Below are positions 24,633 to 32,847 of a stretch of DNA of 36,735 nucleotides, in pieces. Source of the DNA: Nitrospirota bacterium (GTDB lineage Bacteria > Nitrospirota > Thermodesulfovibrionia > UBA6902 > DSMQ01); assembly GCA_016214355.1 (NCBI GenBank), contig JACROO010000119.1, positions 1-36,735 on the forward strand, written 5' to 3'. The notes under the pieces were generated by a model. That model saw only the letters and a program-made list of their open reading frames with translations, had not been told where the DNA came from and searched no databases. Position numbers and translations under genes: made by a program. Positions within the stretch are counted from its first letter, which is position 1. Each line of letters starts with the position of its first letter.

Positions 24633-26087
24633 ATGCAAAAATCTTTTCGCCGAAAAGTTATGACCGGATTTTGGGTAATGGTATTCCTGTGCGCATTTAC
24701 GGTCCTATTTGCTTTTATAACTACGCGTAACATGCAGAGGGTTTTCTTGAGTACCATGAGAGATAATGTTGCGGCCCTTAAGGCAGCAGAGGAGTTGGAA
24801 CTGGCTTTGCTTAGCCAAAAAGGCTTTTTATCAAATTATTTTTTAGACGGCAATCCAACCTGGATAAAAAAACTCGAAGAAAAGAAAACTATCTTCTTGG
24901 ATTGGCTTAACAAGGCGTCAGATGCCGCTTTGACTCCGCCGGAAAAAGACATCATTGAAGACATTAAACGTCTTTACAAAATATATGAGACCGAGCGCTA
25001 TAAGGCTAAGCATCTTTATGATTCGGGGAATGTTCGGGGCGCTAAAAACGTACTTCTTAAAGACATGTGGGAGGCTTTCGAGGCCCTATATCAAAAGTGC
25101 GAGGATTTTATTCGTATTAACGAATCGATTATTGACAAATCAGAGGTTTCTTTACAAAGAAAAATCATAGGTATGATGGTCTTGATCACGGTTCCTGCGT
25201 TGGTTATAATTGCATTAGTCGGCTCCATGTTCTTTTTGTTAACGAGAAGAATTCTCGCTTCCGTTAAGGACATTACAATAACAACTCGTAATATTAATCT
25301 TAAAAGCCTAAGCGGGCGGGTGAGCACCGCAAATTTGGAAACGGAAATGGAGTATCTGGCTAAATCAATCAACATGATGCTTGAACGTCTGGAACGGTCT
25401 TTTGAATATATTAAGGAATTCAGCTCAAGTATCGGCCATGAATTAAAGAGTCCGCTTGCGATTATTAAAGGAGAGTCCGAGGTTGCATTACGCAAAGAAA
25501 GACAAGTTGAGGATTATCGAAAAGCCTTGAGCGTCAATATCGAAGAAGCAAATAGAATGATCCGCATTGTCGAAGATTTGGTTTTTTTGGCAAAACTCGA
25601 TTACAATCCGGATAATATCAAGAAAGAAGTTTTTGATTTTATTCCGTTTTTTGCGGATATACAGAAACGCGCTCAAACGCTTGTTGCGCAAAAACAAATA
25701 GAGCTTACAGCCACGATTCCCGAAGTCGCCGTTACTTTAGAGGGTAACAAATTGCATTTGAGCCGCCTGTTTTTTAATCTTATTCAGAACGCCGTTAAAT
25801 TTACGTCTTCAGGAGGAAGAATCAATCTATCCGTTCATCCGGAAAACGGCGTATTAAAGGTTTCTATATCGGATACGGGCCTAGGAATCAGCGAAGAAGA
25901 TTTACCCAGGATATTTCAGCGGTTTTTCCAAAAAGGAAAATCCGAATCGGAAAGCAGCGACAGTATCGGCCTGGGTCTAAGCATTGCCAAATCAATTGCA
26001 AAGTTTCATAGTGGCGACATTGAGGTAAAAAGCAAGCCCGGAGAAGGCTCAACTTTTTCCGTAATCCTGCCTATTTTTCACCCCTGA
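24633..26087 (+). CDS. membrane sensor histidine kinase (2 TM, HAMP, HisKA, HATPase_c)
   Basis: Starts 2 nt after the regulator stop. H-box is FSSSIGHELKSPLAII, N-box NLIQNAVKFT, G-boxes DTGLGI / GLGLSIAK. Confidence 0.9.
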   Translation: MQKSFRRKVMTGFWVMVFLCAFTVLFAFITTRNMQRVFLSTMRDNVAALKAAEELELALLSQKGFLSNYFLDGNPTWIKKLEEKKTIFLDWLNKASDAALTPPEKDIIEDIKRLYKIYETERYKAKHLYDSGNVRGAKNVLLKDMWEAFEALYQKCEDFIRINESIIDKSEVSLQRKIIGMMVLITVPALVIIALVGSMFFLLTRRILASVKDITITTRNINLKSLSGRVSTANLETEMEYLAKSINMMLERLERSFEYIKEFSSSIGHELKSPLAIIKGESEVALRKERQVEDYRKALSVNIEEANRMIRIVEDLVFLAKLDYNPDNIKKEVFDFIPFFADIQKRAQTLVAQKQIELTATIPEVAVTLEGNKLHLSRLFFNLIQNAVKFTSSGGRINLSVHPENGVLKVSISDTGLGISEEDLPRIFQRFFQKGKSESESSDSIGLGLSIAKSIAKFHSGDIEVKSKPGEGSTFSVILPIFHP

Positions 26088-26254
26088 TTTTTTCTTCATA
26101 TCCCAGCAATTAAAGTGATAAAAGATTACAAAAAATTAATTTAATGTTAATCTTCGGTTCATTGTCGGTCTGCTATCCTAAAGCATTATACAAGCAAGTG
26201 TATCTTTAGGCGAAAAGGAAAGCAAAACTTGGCAGTTTTTAAAGGGAGCTAGGC

Positions 26255-26641
26255 ATGAAAAGAATTCTTATTATCGATGATGAGCGAAGAATTGGCCAAT
26301 CTTATACGGTCTTACTTTCGGAAGAAGGATTTGAAGTTAAGTATGCCTCAAGCGCGCAAGAGGCAACCAATTTTTTGATCCGTGAACACTTCGATTTAGT
26401 GCTGCTGGATATTAACATGCCGGAAGTAGACGGCAAAGGAATGTACGAAGTTATTAGAGAGTATGATCGGAACATGAAAGTCATCGTTTCAAGCGTTTAT
26501 CCTATTGAAGAACAGGTTCAAAGCATCTTAGGGGCTTCTGCGTATCACAATAAGTCGCAAGGAGTAGATATTCTCGTTGCCAAGGTAAAAGAAGTATTAG
26601 ATGGTGGGGATGCCAGTAAAGATTCTCATAGTCCAAGATGA
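26255..26641 (+). CDS. stand-alone CheY-like receiver protein
   Basis: SD AAGGGAG. MKRILIIDDE...DLVLLDINMPEVDG...KVIVSS pattern. No output domain. Confidence 0.85.
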   Translation: MKRILIIDDERRIGQSYTVLLSEEGFEVKYASSAQEATNFLIREHFDLVLLDINMPEVDGKGMYEVIREYDRNMKVIVSSVYPIEEQVQSILGASAYHNKSQGVDILVAKVKEVLDGGDASKDSHSPR

Positions 26642-26865
26642 AGCAGGGATATCTGATGAAAAGCATAATCGGAATGAAACTTATATTTGCAATCTTGATA
26701 GCAATACTATTAGACGGATGCACGTTTATTGTTAAAGACGACCATGCCGCAAAATATTACGGTATAGACGAACAGCGGGGTGGTGAGTATTTGAATCAAA
26801 TCCTTGAGAAGCAGCAGCAAGTATATCAGACCGAAAAGGTTTCTGTTGGTTCCAAAAGGCCATAA
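26638..26865 (+). CDS. small lipoprotein candidate
   Basis: ATGA overlap with the receiver gene. Signal sequence with lipobox LLDGC. Confidence 0.5.
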   Translation: MKQGYLMKSIIGMKLIFAILIAILLDGCTFIVKDDHAAKYYGIDEQRGGEYLNQILEKQQQVYQTEKVSVGSKRP

Positions 26866-26878
26866 ACGGGGTGATTAT

Positions 26879-27826
26879 ATGAAAAAAATAATATTGGCGG
26901 TTGTTCTTGTTTTAACATTCTCCAATTTAAGCTATGCGGATTTTAAGCAGGAAAGAGAAGCAAAAAGAGAAAGCGAATTAAAAGAGCTTCAGAAGCGTTT
27001 TGAATGGTGGCCAACAGATGCAAAGCCGGGGCCGGTTAAGGATCCCGAGCGCGGCGGCTACTGGTGGTGGCCTAATGAGCCGGGTAAGGCGCGCCCCTGG
27101 GGTAATCGAGGATATGTGTATGTTTACAAGATTATTTTTGATTACAAGGAAGAAGAATTACCTCCTCCTAAGCCGCAGGAGCTCCGTCCTTCGTTACTTA
27201 TTAAGAAGATAATTAAGAACGTGAAAGTATATTTCGACTACGATAAAGCGGTCCTGCGAGATGATGCGGTAAGAATTCTTAAGAGCGCTATTGGAACTCT
27301 TAAGCGCAACCCGGAAACAAGCATTCTTGTTACCGGCAATTGCGATCGCCGCGGGTCGGAAGTCTATAATGAAAAATTAGGGAAACGCCGGGGAGAGGCG
27401 GTAAAGCGTTTTATGCTGGAGAATGGTATTGATGAATCCCGAGTAAAGATTATCAGCCGCGGTAAGTTGGATGCTATTGCTCGCGTTACAGATTTGGAGG
27501 GGATGCAAAAGGAAAGAAATGCCCAGTTTATGATCGCCGAAGTTGAGGAAGTTATGCTGCCGTATCCGGGAGTACCGCAGGAAGCTGAAGCAAAACCGGT
27601 AGAAGAAGGCAAGTATATTATTGAGAAGGAAGAGAAAGTCGAGGCAGAAGTCAAGGTAAGCACCAGAGAGTACACGGTTAAAAAAGGCGATACCCTTTCA
27701 AAAATAGCCAAAGAGCAGCTCGGCGCAGCGCATCGTTGGAAATATCTGTACGAATTAAACAAAAATGTTATTAAGGATCCCAATAAACTTAGGCCGGGGA
27801 AGAAAATAGTTATTCCGATTGAGTAG
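26879..27826 (+). CDS. OmpA-family peptidoglycan-associated protein with C-terminal LysM
   Basis: Signal peptide MKKIILAVVLVLTFSNLSYA. OmpA-like block is VYFDYDKAVLRDDA...LVTGNCDRRGSEVYNEKLGKRRGEAVKRFM. LysM is YTVKKGDTLSKIAKEQLG...LRPGKKIVIP. The track's upstream start 26804 is rejected. Confidence 0.85.
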   Translation: MKKIILAVVLVLTFSNLSYADFKQEREAKRESELKELQKRFEWWPTDAKPGPVKDPERGGYWWWPNEPGKARPWGNRGYVYVYKIIFDYKEEELPPPKPQELRPSLLIKKIIKNVKVYFDYDKAVLRDDAVRILKSAIGTLKRNPETSILVTGNCDRRGSEVYNEKLGKRRGEAVKRFMLENGIDESRVKIISRGKLDAIARVTDLEGMQKERNAQFMIAEVEEVMLPYPGVPQEAEAKPVEEGKYIIEKEEKVEAEVKVSTREYTVKKGDTLSKIAKEQLGAAHRWKYLYELNKNVIKDPNKLRPGKKIVIPIE

Positions 27827-27842
27827 CGGAGCCTTTTTAAGC

Positions 27843-28418
27843 ATGCTTAAGACACTGTTTTATATATTACCCCTCTTGCTGGTCGTGGTTATGTTTTTTG
27901 CGCCAGCGCGTAACTATGTAAATGGTCTATTGCATCGGGATAAGAAGGAATTACGCGAGGAAGAGGTTATCGGCAGAGTTTCCGGTTATAATCCGCGAGT
28001 CGGAGAAATACAGAAAGTCCTGAAGGAAGCCGGTTTTGACCCCGGTCCGGCGGATGGAATCATGGGAGCGCAGACAAGGACGGCAATTAAGGGGTTTCAG
28101 AAGGCGAAGGGATTGAAGTCTACCGGCAAGATAGATTCGGTAACTCGGCTTGCCTTAAATAGGACAGAGGAAGTCAAAAAGCCCGAGTTTAAGGAAGAGC
28201 CAGAACCTGATTCATGGGGAAATACTTCCTCCGATAAGTCAAAGCAGATTCAGATGGCTCTTAAGAGCTCCGGATTTTATAAAGGGGAGATAGACGGAAA
28301 AATAGGGCCTCGAACTAAAACCGCGTTAAGAGCTTTTCAAAAGGCAAACAATCTTAATCCAGACGGGGTAATAGGGTCTAAAACGTGGGAAGCACTAAAA
28401 AAATACCTGAAGAACTGA
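27843..28418 (+). CDS. membrane-anchored protein with two PG_binding_1 domains
   Basis: N-terminal TM segment, then IQKVLKEAGFDPGPADGIMGAQTRTAIKGFQKAKGL and IQMALKSSGFYKGEIDGKIGPRTKTALRAFQKANNL. No catalytic domain visible. Confidence 0.8.
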   Translation: MLKTLFYILPLLLVVVMFFAPARNYVNGLLHRDKKELREEEVIGRVSGYNPRVGEIQKVLKEAGFDPGPADGIMGAQTRTAIKGFQKAKGLKSTGKIDSVTRLALNRTEEVKKPEFKEEPEPDSWGNTSSDKSKQIQMALKSSGFYKGEIDGKIGPRTKTALRAFQKANNLNPDGVIGSKTWEALKKYLKN

Positions 28419-28447
28419 ATATCTTTTATTAAACAGGAGGAGAAGCT

Positions 28448-28843
28448 ATGTTTACAAGAATGATTTTGGTTGTTTTTCTTGCTTTTGCTTTAGCGGGGTG
28501 CGCAACGAATTCTAAAAAGCCGGCTACGCAATCACAGCCCGTAATGTCACAAAAAACATATCAGCAGGAATCGTATTTCAAGGGTTATGATGATAATGAT
28601 ACACGGTCGTCAGATAGCTATGAAAAACCGACTAAGAAAAATTATTCTGAACCCGTAATAGAATTAAGTCCAAAACAGATTCAGCGGACGTTGAAAAAAG
28701 CCGGTTTCTACAAGGGCGAGATTGACGGAAAAGTCGGATCTAAGACAAAAGAAGCTATTATGAGGTTTCAAAAAGCACACGGTCTCAAGGCTGACGGTAT
28801 TGTAGGTAAGAGAACAAGCGAAGAACTACGTAAATATCTTTAA
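28448..28843 (+). CDS. lipoprotein with one PG_binding_1 domain
   Basis: SD AGGAGGAG. Lipobox LAGC. IQRTLKKAGFYKGEIDGKVGSKTKEAIMRFQKAHGLKADGIVG. Confidence 0.8.
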   Translation: MFTRMILVVFLAFALAGCATNSKKPATQSQPVMSQKTYQQESYFKGYDDNDTRSSDSYEKPTKKNYSEPVIELSPKQIQRTLKKAGFYKGEIDGKVGSKTKEAIMRFQKAHGLKADGIVGKRTSEELRKYL

Positions 28844-28939
28844 GTCAAAGGCGTTTAAATAGAAGGAGGTGAGAAAATAAGAATACCAAAATTGGTGGTA
28901 GTATTTTATCGTAAATTATAAACTTAACCGGAGGATAAT

Positions 28940-29338
28940 ATGAGGAAGAGAATTTTTTGTTTAGCAATCGTTGCTTTGTTGATGTTAGGATTGACCAGTC
29001 AAGGTTTTTGCATGGCCAATAGGCCGCCTGCTTCAAAGAAATCTACAAGTAAACAGGTAGAACCTATCCAAAAAATTTCGGGAAAGGTTTCCGGTTATAG
29101 CTGGACAAATTCCACAATTACAATAACAACGGTAAGCGGTACTTCCATTACGGTTGAGATTGACAAGGTAACTAAGATTTCTAAATCGGGAAAATGGATA
29201 AAAATGGCCGATATCAAAACGGGTGATGCAGTGAATGCTGACTACGAAACAAAAGGCGGGAAAAGGGTAGCCAGGACAATTGTAGTGCAGGAGAAGGTTT
29301 CTCCTAAGGTCACAATTCCAGAGAAAAAGAAAAGATAA
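28940..29338 (+). CDS. secreted beta-rich protein, unknown function
   Basis: SD CGGAGGA. Has a signal peptide (MRKRIFCLAIVALLMLGLTSQGFC). No domain recognised. Confidence 0.6.
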   Translation: MRKRIFCLAIVALLMLGLTSQGFCMANRPPASKKSTSKQVEPIQKISGKVSGYSWTNSTITITTVSGTSITVEIDKVTKISKSGKWIKMADIKTGDAVNADYETKGGKRVARTIVVQEKVSPKVTIPEKKKR

Positions 29339-29395
29339 TTTTATCTACATTGCTATAGCTTACCGTATAAGGAGTTCTAAATGAATTGCAATTTT

Positions 29396-29424
29396 TTGAC
29401 ATTGCTATATAATGACACTAATGT
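29396..29424 (+). promoter_or_regulatory. sigma70-like promoter candidate for the OmpA/trehalose operon
   Basis: TTGACA (29396-401), a 17-nt spacer, then TAATGT (29419-24). Overlapped by the second copy of the 11-nt repeat ACATTGCTATA. Confidence 0.45.
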
Positions 29425-29452
29425 AAATACCTTTCTCGTAAATCTATATTTT

Positions 29453-29543
29453 AGGGTCCGGGAATACTTAAATATTCCCGGAGGAATTTTTGATGGTCGG
29501 GCCGCCATCTGAGTTAATCTCGGGTGGTGGCTTTTTATTTTTT
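29453..29543 (+). promoter_or_regulatory. conserved leader element, copy 2 (SD hairpin + invariant 21-mer + terminator)
   Basis: AGGGTC. A 9-bp hairpin (29458-66/29473-81) overlaps GGAGG (29480-84). The 21-mer is at 29490-29510. An 11-bp stem (29501-11/29521-31, 3 G.U pairs) is followed by TTTTTATTTTTT. Confidence 0.6.
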
Positions 29544-29564
29544 ACAACCAAGGGAAAAACATGA
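29493..29564 (+). CDS. candidate leader peptide MVGPPSELISGGGFLFFTTKGKT
   Basis: ATG lies 8 nt after GGAGG. The stop TGA 29562-64 overlaps the ATG of the next gene (ATGA). Confidence 0.4.
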   Translation: MVGPPSELISGGGFLFFTTKGKT

Positions 29565-29686
29565 AAACATTTTTTCAGGTGTTCAAAGAAGAGAAAGAAA
29601 TGAGATTTATTTTTGCAATTTTTACTGTCATGATTTTATTGGGCATAGGCTGCGTTATATTCGCCGTCGCTCATCCAGCAAGCTAA
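29561..29686 (+). CDS. 41-aa single-pass membrane protein (below track cutoff)
   Basis: MKTFFQVFKEEKEMRFIFAIFTVMILLGIGCVIFAVAHPAS. Start is coupled to the leader mini-ORF stop. Confidence 0.45.
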   Translation: MKTFFQVFKEEKEMRFIFAIFTVMILLGIGCVIFAVAHPAS

Positions 29687-29699
29687 TGGAGGATTACTC

Positions 29700-30371
29700 A
29701 TGAAGGCCCGGGTAACAATTTCTGCGATTCTAATAGTATCTATGTTATCTGGGTGCGCCTATATCCAGAAAGCCAAGAGAACCGATGAGCTTGAAGCTGA
29801 AAATGCCAGCCTAAGAAATAAGATTGGCCAACTTCAGAAAGAAAAAACAAAGGAAGTCCGGCGGATTTATGAGGAAAAAGATAAAGAGCTCTCCGAGCTT
29901 GAGCGGGCAAAACGCGAACTGGAAGAATCGTTAAAACAGGAAATCGGAGAATATAAGGCAAAGCTACAAATGACCGAGCGGGGCCTGGTGATTACTTTTG
30001 TTTCCGAAATATTCTTTGATTCAGGCAAAGACAAATTGAAATCTGACGGCATGATGACGCTTAATAAAGTCGCCGAAGTTTTGAATAAAGAAGTTCCTAA
30101 TTCAAATATGGCTGTCGAAGGTCATACCGATAACGATCCTATAAAACATTCTGGATGGAAGTCAAATTGGGAGCTCTCTTCTGCCCGGGCACTGGCAGTA
30201 TTGCACTATCTTATTAGCGAAGGCAAAATTAGGCCGCAGCGTCTTTCTGCAAACGGCTATGGAGAATTTCATCCTGTAGCGCCAAATGATACAGTGCAGA
30301 ATAAGCAGAACAATAGAAGGGTGGAAATCGTAATTCTGCCTTCCAAATTAAGCAAAGTGAAACTGCAGTAG
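29700..30371 (+). CDS. OmpA/MotB-domain lipoprotein with N-terminal coiled coil
   Basis: SD GGAGG. Lipobox LSGC. Coiled coil covers about residues 30-90. OmpA-like C-terminal domain: VEGHTDNDPI...NWELSSARALAVLHYL...GYGEFHPVAPNDT..NRRVEIVI. Confidence 0.85.
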   Translation: MKARVTISAILIVSMLSGCAYIQKAKRTDELEAENASLRNKIGQLQKEKTKEVRRIYEEKDKELSELERAKRELEESLKQEIGEYKAKLQMTERGLVITFVSEIFFDSGKDKLKSDGMMTLNKVAEVLNKEVPNSNMAVEGHTDNDPIKHSGWKSNWELSSARALAVLHYLISEGKIRPQRLSANGYGEFHPVAPNDTVQNKQNNRRVEIVILPSKLSKVKLQ

Positions 30372-30388
30372 GAAAGGAGCGTGCCGTT

Positions 30389-30586
30389 ATGTTTGATAAA
30401 ATGAACGAGAGATTAAGAAAATTAACGGTAATGGACATAGGGTTGGTAAAATGGTCGGCTTTTTTTGCAGCTGTTATAATTGTTAAACTTTTCCCGCAGC
30501 TTTTGAAAATTAACTACGGGGTTCTTATATTATTAACGATAGCTTGCGGTGCCAGGCCACTATACAAGTTTTGGATTAAAAAATAA
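30389..30586 (+). CDS. small two-TM membrane protein
   Basis: SD AAAGGAG. 65 aa with two hydrophobic segments. Confidence 0.55.
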   Translation: MFDKMNERLRKLTVMDIGLVKWSAFFAAVIIVKLFPQLLKINYGVLILLTIACGARPLYKFWIKK

Positions 30587-30605
30587 GTTAAAAGCCATTA
30601 ATTAA

Positions 30606-32843
30606 ATGAGAAGAGTATTTTTATTTATCCTACCCATTCTAATTATTGTTTCCGCGGCCTTTACGCTTTTTGGCTTCTTTCAGGTGCGCTTTGAAGAAGA
30701 GAAGCTTATTGATGATTTGAAAAGAAAAGCCAAAAGCGTTGCCGAAAGCATGGAATTGTCGGTACAGCATGTGCTTTCAGCCAATGATTTAAAAAATGCC
30801 AATTATCTTGCCGAGAAATTTGAGACTAGGGAAAGATTGCAGGGTTGTGTTATTTACGATAAAGACGGCAACATAATAGCGCTTACCAAAAGATTCGGTG
30901 ATTGGAAAGAAAAAGACAAGCCGTATATTAAAGATATTATAGCGAATAAGACTCCGCGGGGAGAGTTGGAGAAATTCAAAGATTATCAGGTTTATAGTTA
31001 TATTCTCCCTATAGTTGATGATGCGGGGCAGTTTTTGGGAATGGTTGAGGTTATACATGATACTTCCTATGTCTTCGCGAGATTGACTGAACTTTGGAAG
31101 CGCATTAGCTCAACGTTAATAATCTTAGTAGTAGTAATTTTTATTATCTCCATTTTTCTTCACAGGCAGATTTTTGCTCTGCCAGTACAGCGTTTAACAG
31201 ATTGGTTTAAGCATTTCCAGAAAGGCGAAACTGACGAAGCGCATCCAATAAGGGAAAAAGGAGATCTGGGTAAGCTTGCCAGCGAAGTCGAGCAGGTAGC
31301 ATTATCTTTAAGGGTTGCCCGAAGGACGATTTCAGATGAAGCGCAGGCACGCATGGAAAAAGAAGAAATATGGACAGAGGCAAAATTAAAGGATCTAGTC
31401 CATGCGAAGTTAGGAGAGAATGCCTTATTTATAGTGTCCAACCGTGAGCCTTATATGCATACAATAGATGAGGCAACTGGTTTAGAACAATGCATCAGGC
31501 CGGCAAGCGGCGTTGTTACTGCGATTCACCCGGTTCTATGCGCTTGTGGCGGCACATGGGTTGCTCATGGTGCTGGCAATGCGGATAAGAAATTCGTAAA
31601 TTCAAAGGATAAGCTCGGTGTTCCGCCTAAAGATATACGTTATATTCTTAAAAGAGTCTGGCTGGATAAAGAAGAAGAGGATGGCTACTATTACGGATTT
31701 TCCAACGAGGGCTTATGGCCGTTATGCCACAATACGCATACGAGGCCGGTTTTTCGGGAGTTGGACTGGCAGGCTTACAAAAAGGTGAATCAGAAGTTTG
31801 CGGATTCCGTTTTGGAGGAATTACCCGTCAAACATCCTTTTGTATTTATTCAAGATTATCATTTCACTCTGCTCGGGAAGATGATTAAAGAAAGGCGCCC
31901 CGATGCTACAATTGCGCTTTTTTGGCATATTCCCTGGCCTACACCGGAGGCATTCTCCATCTGCCCTTACCGCAAAGAGATTCTTGAAGGCATGCTTGGG
32001 TGCGATTTGATAGGTTTTCATGTCCAGAATCATTGCAACAATTTTCTTGATACAGCCAACAGACTCCTTGAATCAAGGGTTGATATAGAAAAATTCAGCA
32101 TTGTCCGTTCTGAAAAGGAAACTTTTGTTAGAGCATTTCCGATTAGCGTTAACGGGCATTTTAACCAAGCTGCGAAGGACGCGGACATAAAACGAGAGAT
32201 AGATAAAATTAAAAAAGAGTTTGACTTGGAAGGTAAAATTATAGGTTTGGGGGTTGACAGGATTGACTATACAAAGGGTATCGTTGAGAGAGTGCTTGCT
32301 ATAGACAGGTTTTTAGAGAAATACCCTCAATACAAGAAAAAATTCGTTTTTATTCAGCTTGCCGCTCCAAGCCGTGTGCATATAAAGCGTTATCATGACC
32401 TTATGGCAGAAATTGACGAATTAATCGAGAAGAAAAACTGGAAGTATTCTGATTCTGGCTGGAAGCCGATTGTTTATCTTAAAAGGCATTTTTCTTTGGA
32501 TGAAATCGAGCCTTTCTATAAAATGGCTGATCTTTGTATTGTAAGCTCGCTTCATGACGGCATGAACCTTGTGGCCAAAGAATATGTGGCAGCCAGAAAA
32601 GATTTGTCAGGGAGCCTTATATTAAGCCAATTTACCGGCGCAGCAAGAGAGCTTGTCGATGCTATTCAGGTAAACCCGTATTCAATAGAGGAGTTTGCCG
32701 ATAGCATACAATTAGTTCTTCAGATGCCACAGGATGAGAAAACAAAACGCATGGAAAAAATGCGGAAAGTTATTTCGGAGAATAATGTTTATCGCTGGGC
32801 AGGAAATATCATCACTGAGCTAGCGGCACTAAAGAAAGTATAA
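30606..32843 (+). CDS. otsA: membrane sensor-HAMP domain fused to trehalose-6-phosphate synthase (GT20)
   Basis: TM1 is at residues 4-25. An extracytoplasmic region of about 140 aa has Cache/PDC-like strands (GCVIYDKDGNIIALT; YSYILPIVDDAGQFLGMVEVIHD). TM2 (LIILVVVIFIISIFL) and a HAMP-like linker follow. GT20 motifs: FIVSNREPY, YYYGFSNEGLWPLCH, FIQDYHFTLL, FWHIPWP, DLIGFH, SLHDGMNLVAKEY. Confidence 0.85.
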   Translation: MRRVFLFILPILIIVSAAFTLFGFFQVRFEEEKLIDDLKRKAKSVAESMELSVQHVLSANDLKNANYLAEKFETRERLQGCVIYDKDGNIIALTKRFGDWKEKDKPYIKDIIANKTPRGELEKFKDYQVYSYILPIVDDAGQFLGMVEVIHDTSYVFARLTELWKRISSTLIILVVVIFIISIFLHRQIFALPVQRLTDWFKHFQKGETDEAHPIREKGDLGKLASEVEQVALSLRVARRTISDEAQARMEKEEIWTEAKLKDLVHAKLGENALFIVSNREPYMHTIDEATGLEQCIRPASGVVTAIHPVLCACGGTWVAHGAGNADKKFVNSKDKLGVPPKDIRYILKRVWLDKEEEDGYYYGFSNEGLWPLCHNTHTRPVFRELDWQAYKKVNQKFADSVLEELPVKHPFVFIQDYHFTLLGKMIKERRPDATIALFWHIPWPTPEAFSICPYRKEILEGMLGCDLIGFHVQNHCNNFLDTANRLLESRVDIEKFSIVRSEKETFVRAFPISVNGHFNQAAKDADIKREIDKIKKEFDLEGKIIGLGVDRIDYTKGIVERVLAIDRFLEKYPQYKKKFVFIQLAAPSRVHIKRYHDLMAEIDELIEKKNWKYSDSGWKPIVYLKRHFSLDEIEPFYKMADLCIVSSLHDGMNLVAKEYVAARKDLSGSLILSQFTGAARELVDAIQVNPYSIEEFADSIQLVLQMPQDEKTKRMEKMRKVISENNVYRWAGNIITELAALKKV

Positions 32844-32847
32844 CAGT

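Noticed and set aside
26177-26210. Imperfect inverted repeat CCTAAAG...CTTTAGG upstream of the CheY-like gene, as a possible operator or terminator.
   Set aside because: The stem is short and AT-rich with internal mismatches and no T-run. There is no second copy or adjacent promoter consensus to support a call.
23888-29510. The 21-nt perfect direct repeat (23888-23908 and 29490-29510) could be att-type repeats bracketing a 5.6 kb mobile element.
   Set aside because: No integrase, transposase or other mobility gene lies between them. Each copy sits in the same regulatory context (promoter, SD hairpin, mini-ORF, terminator, first gene of an operon), which fits a cis-regulatory element rather than insertion scars.
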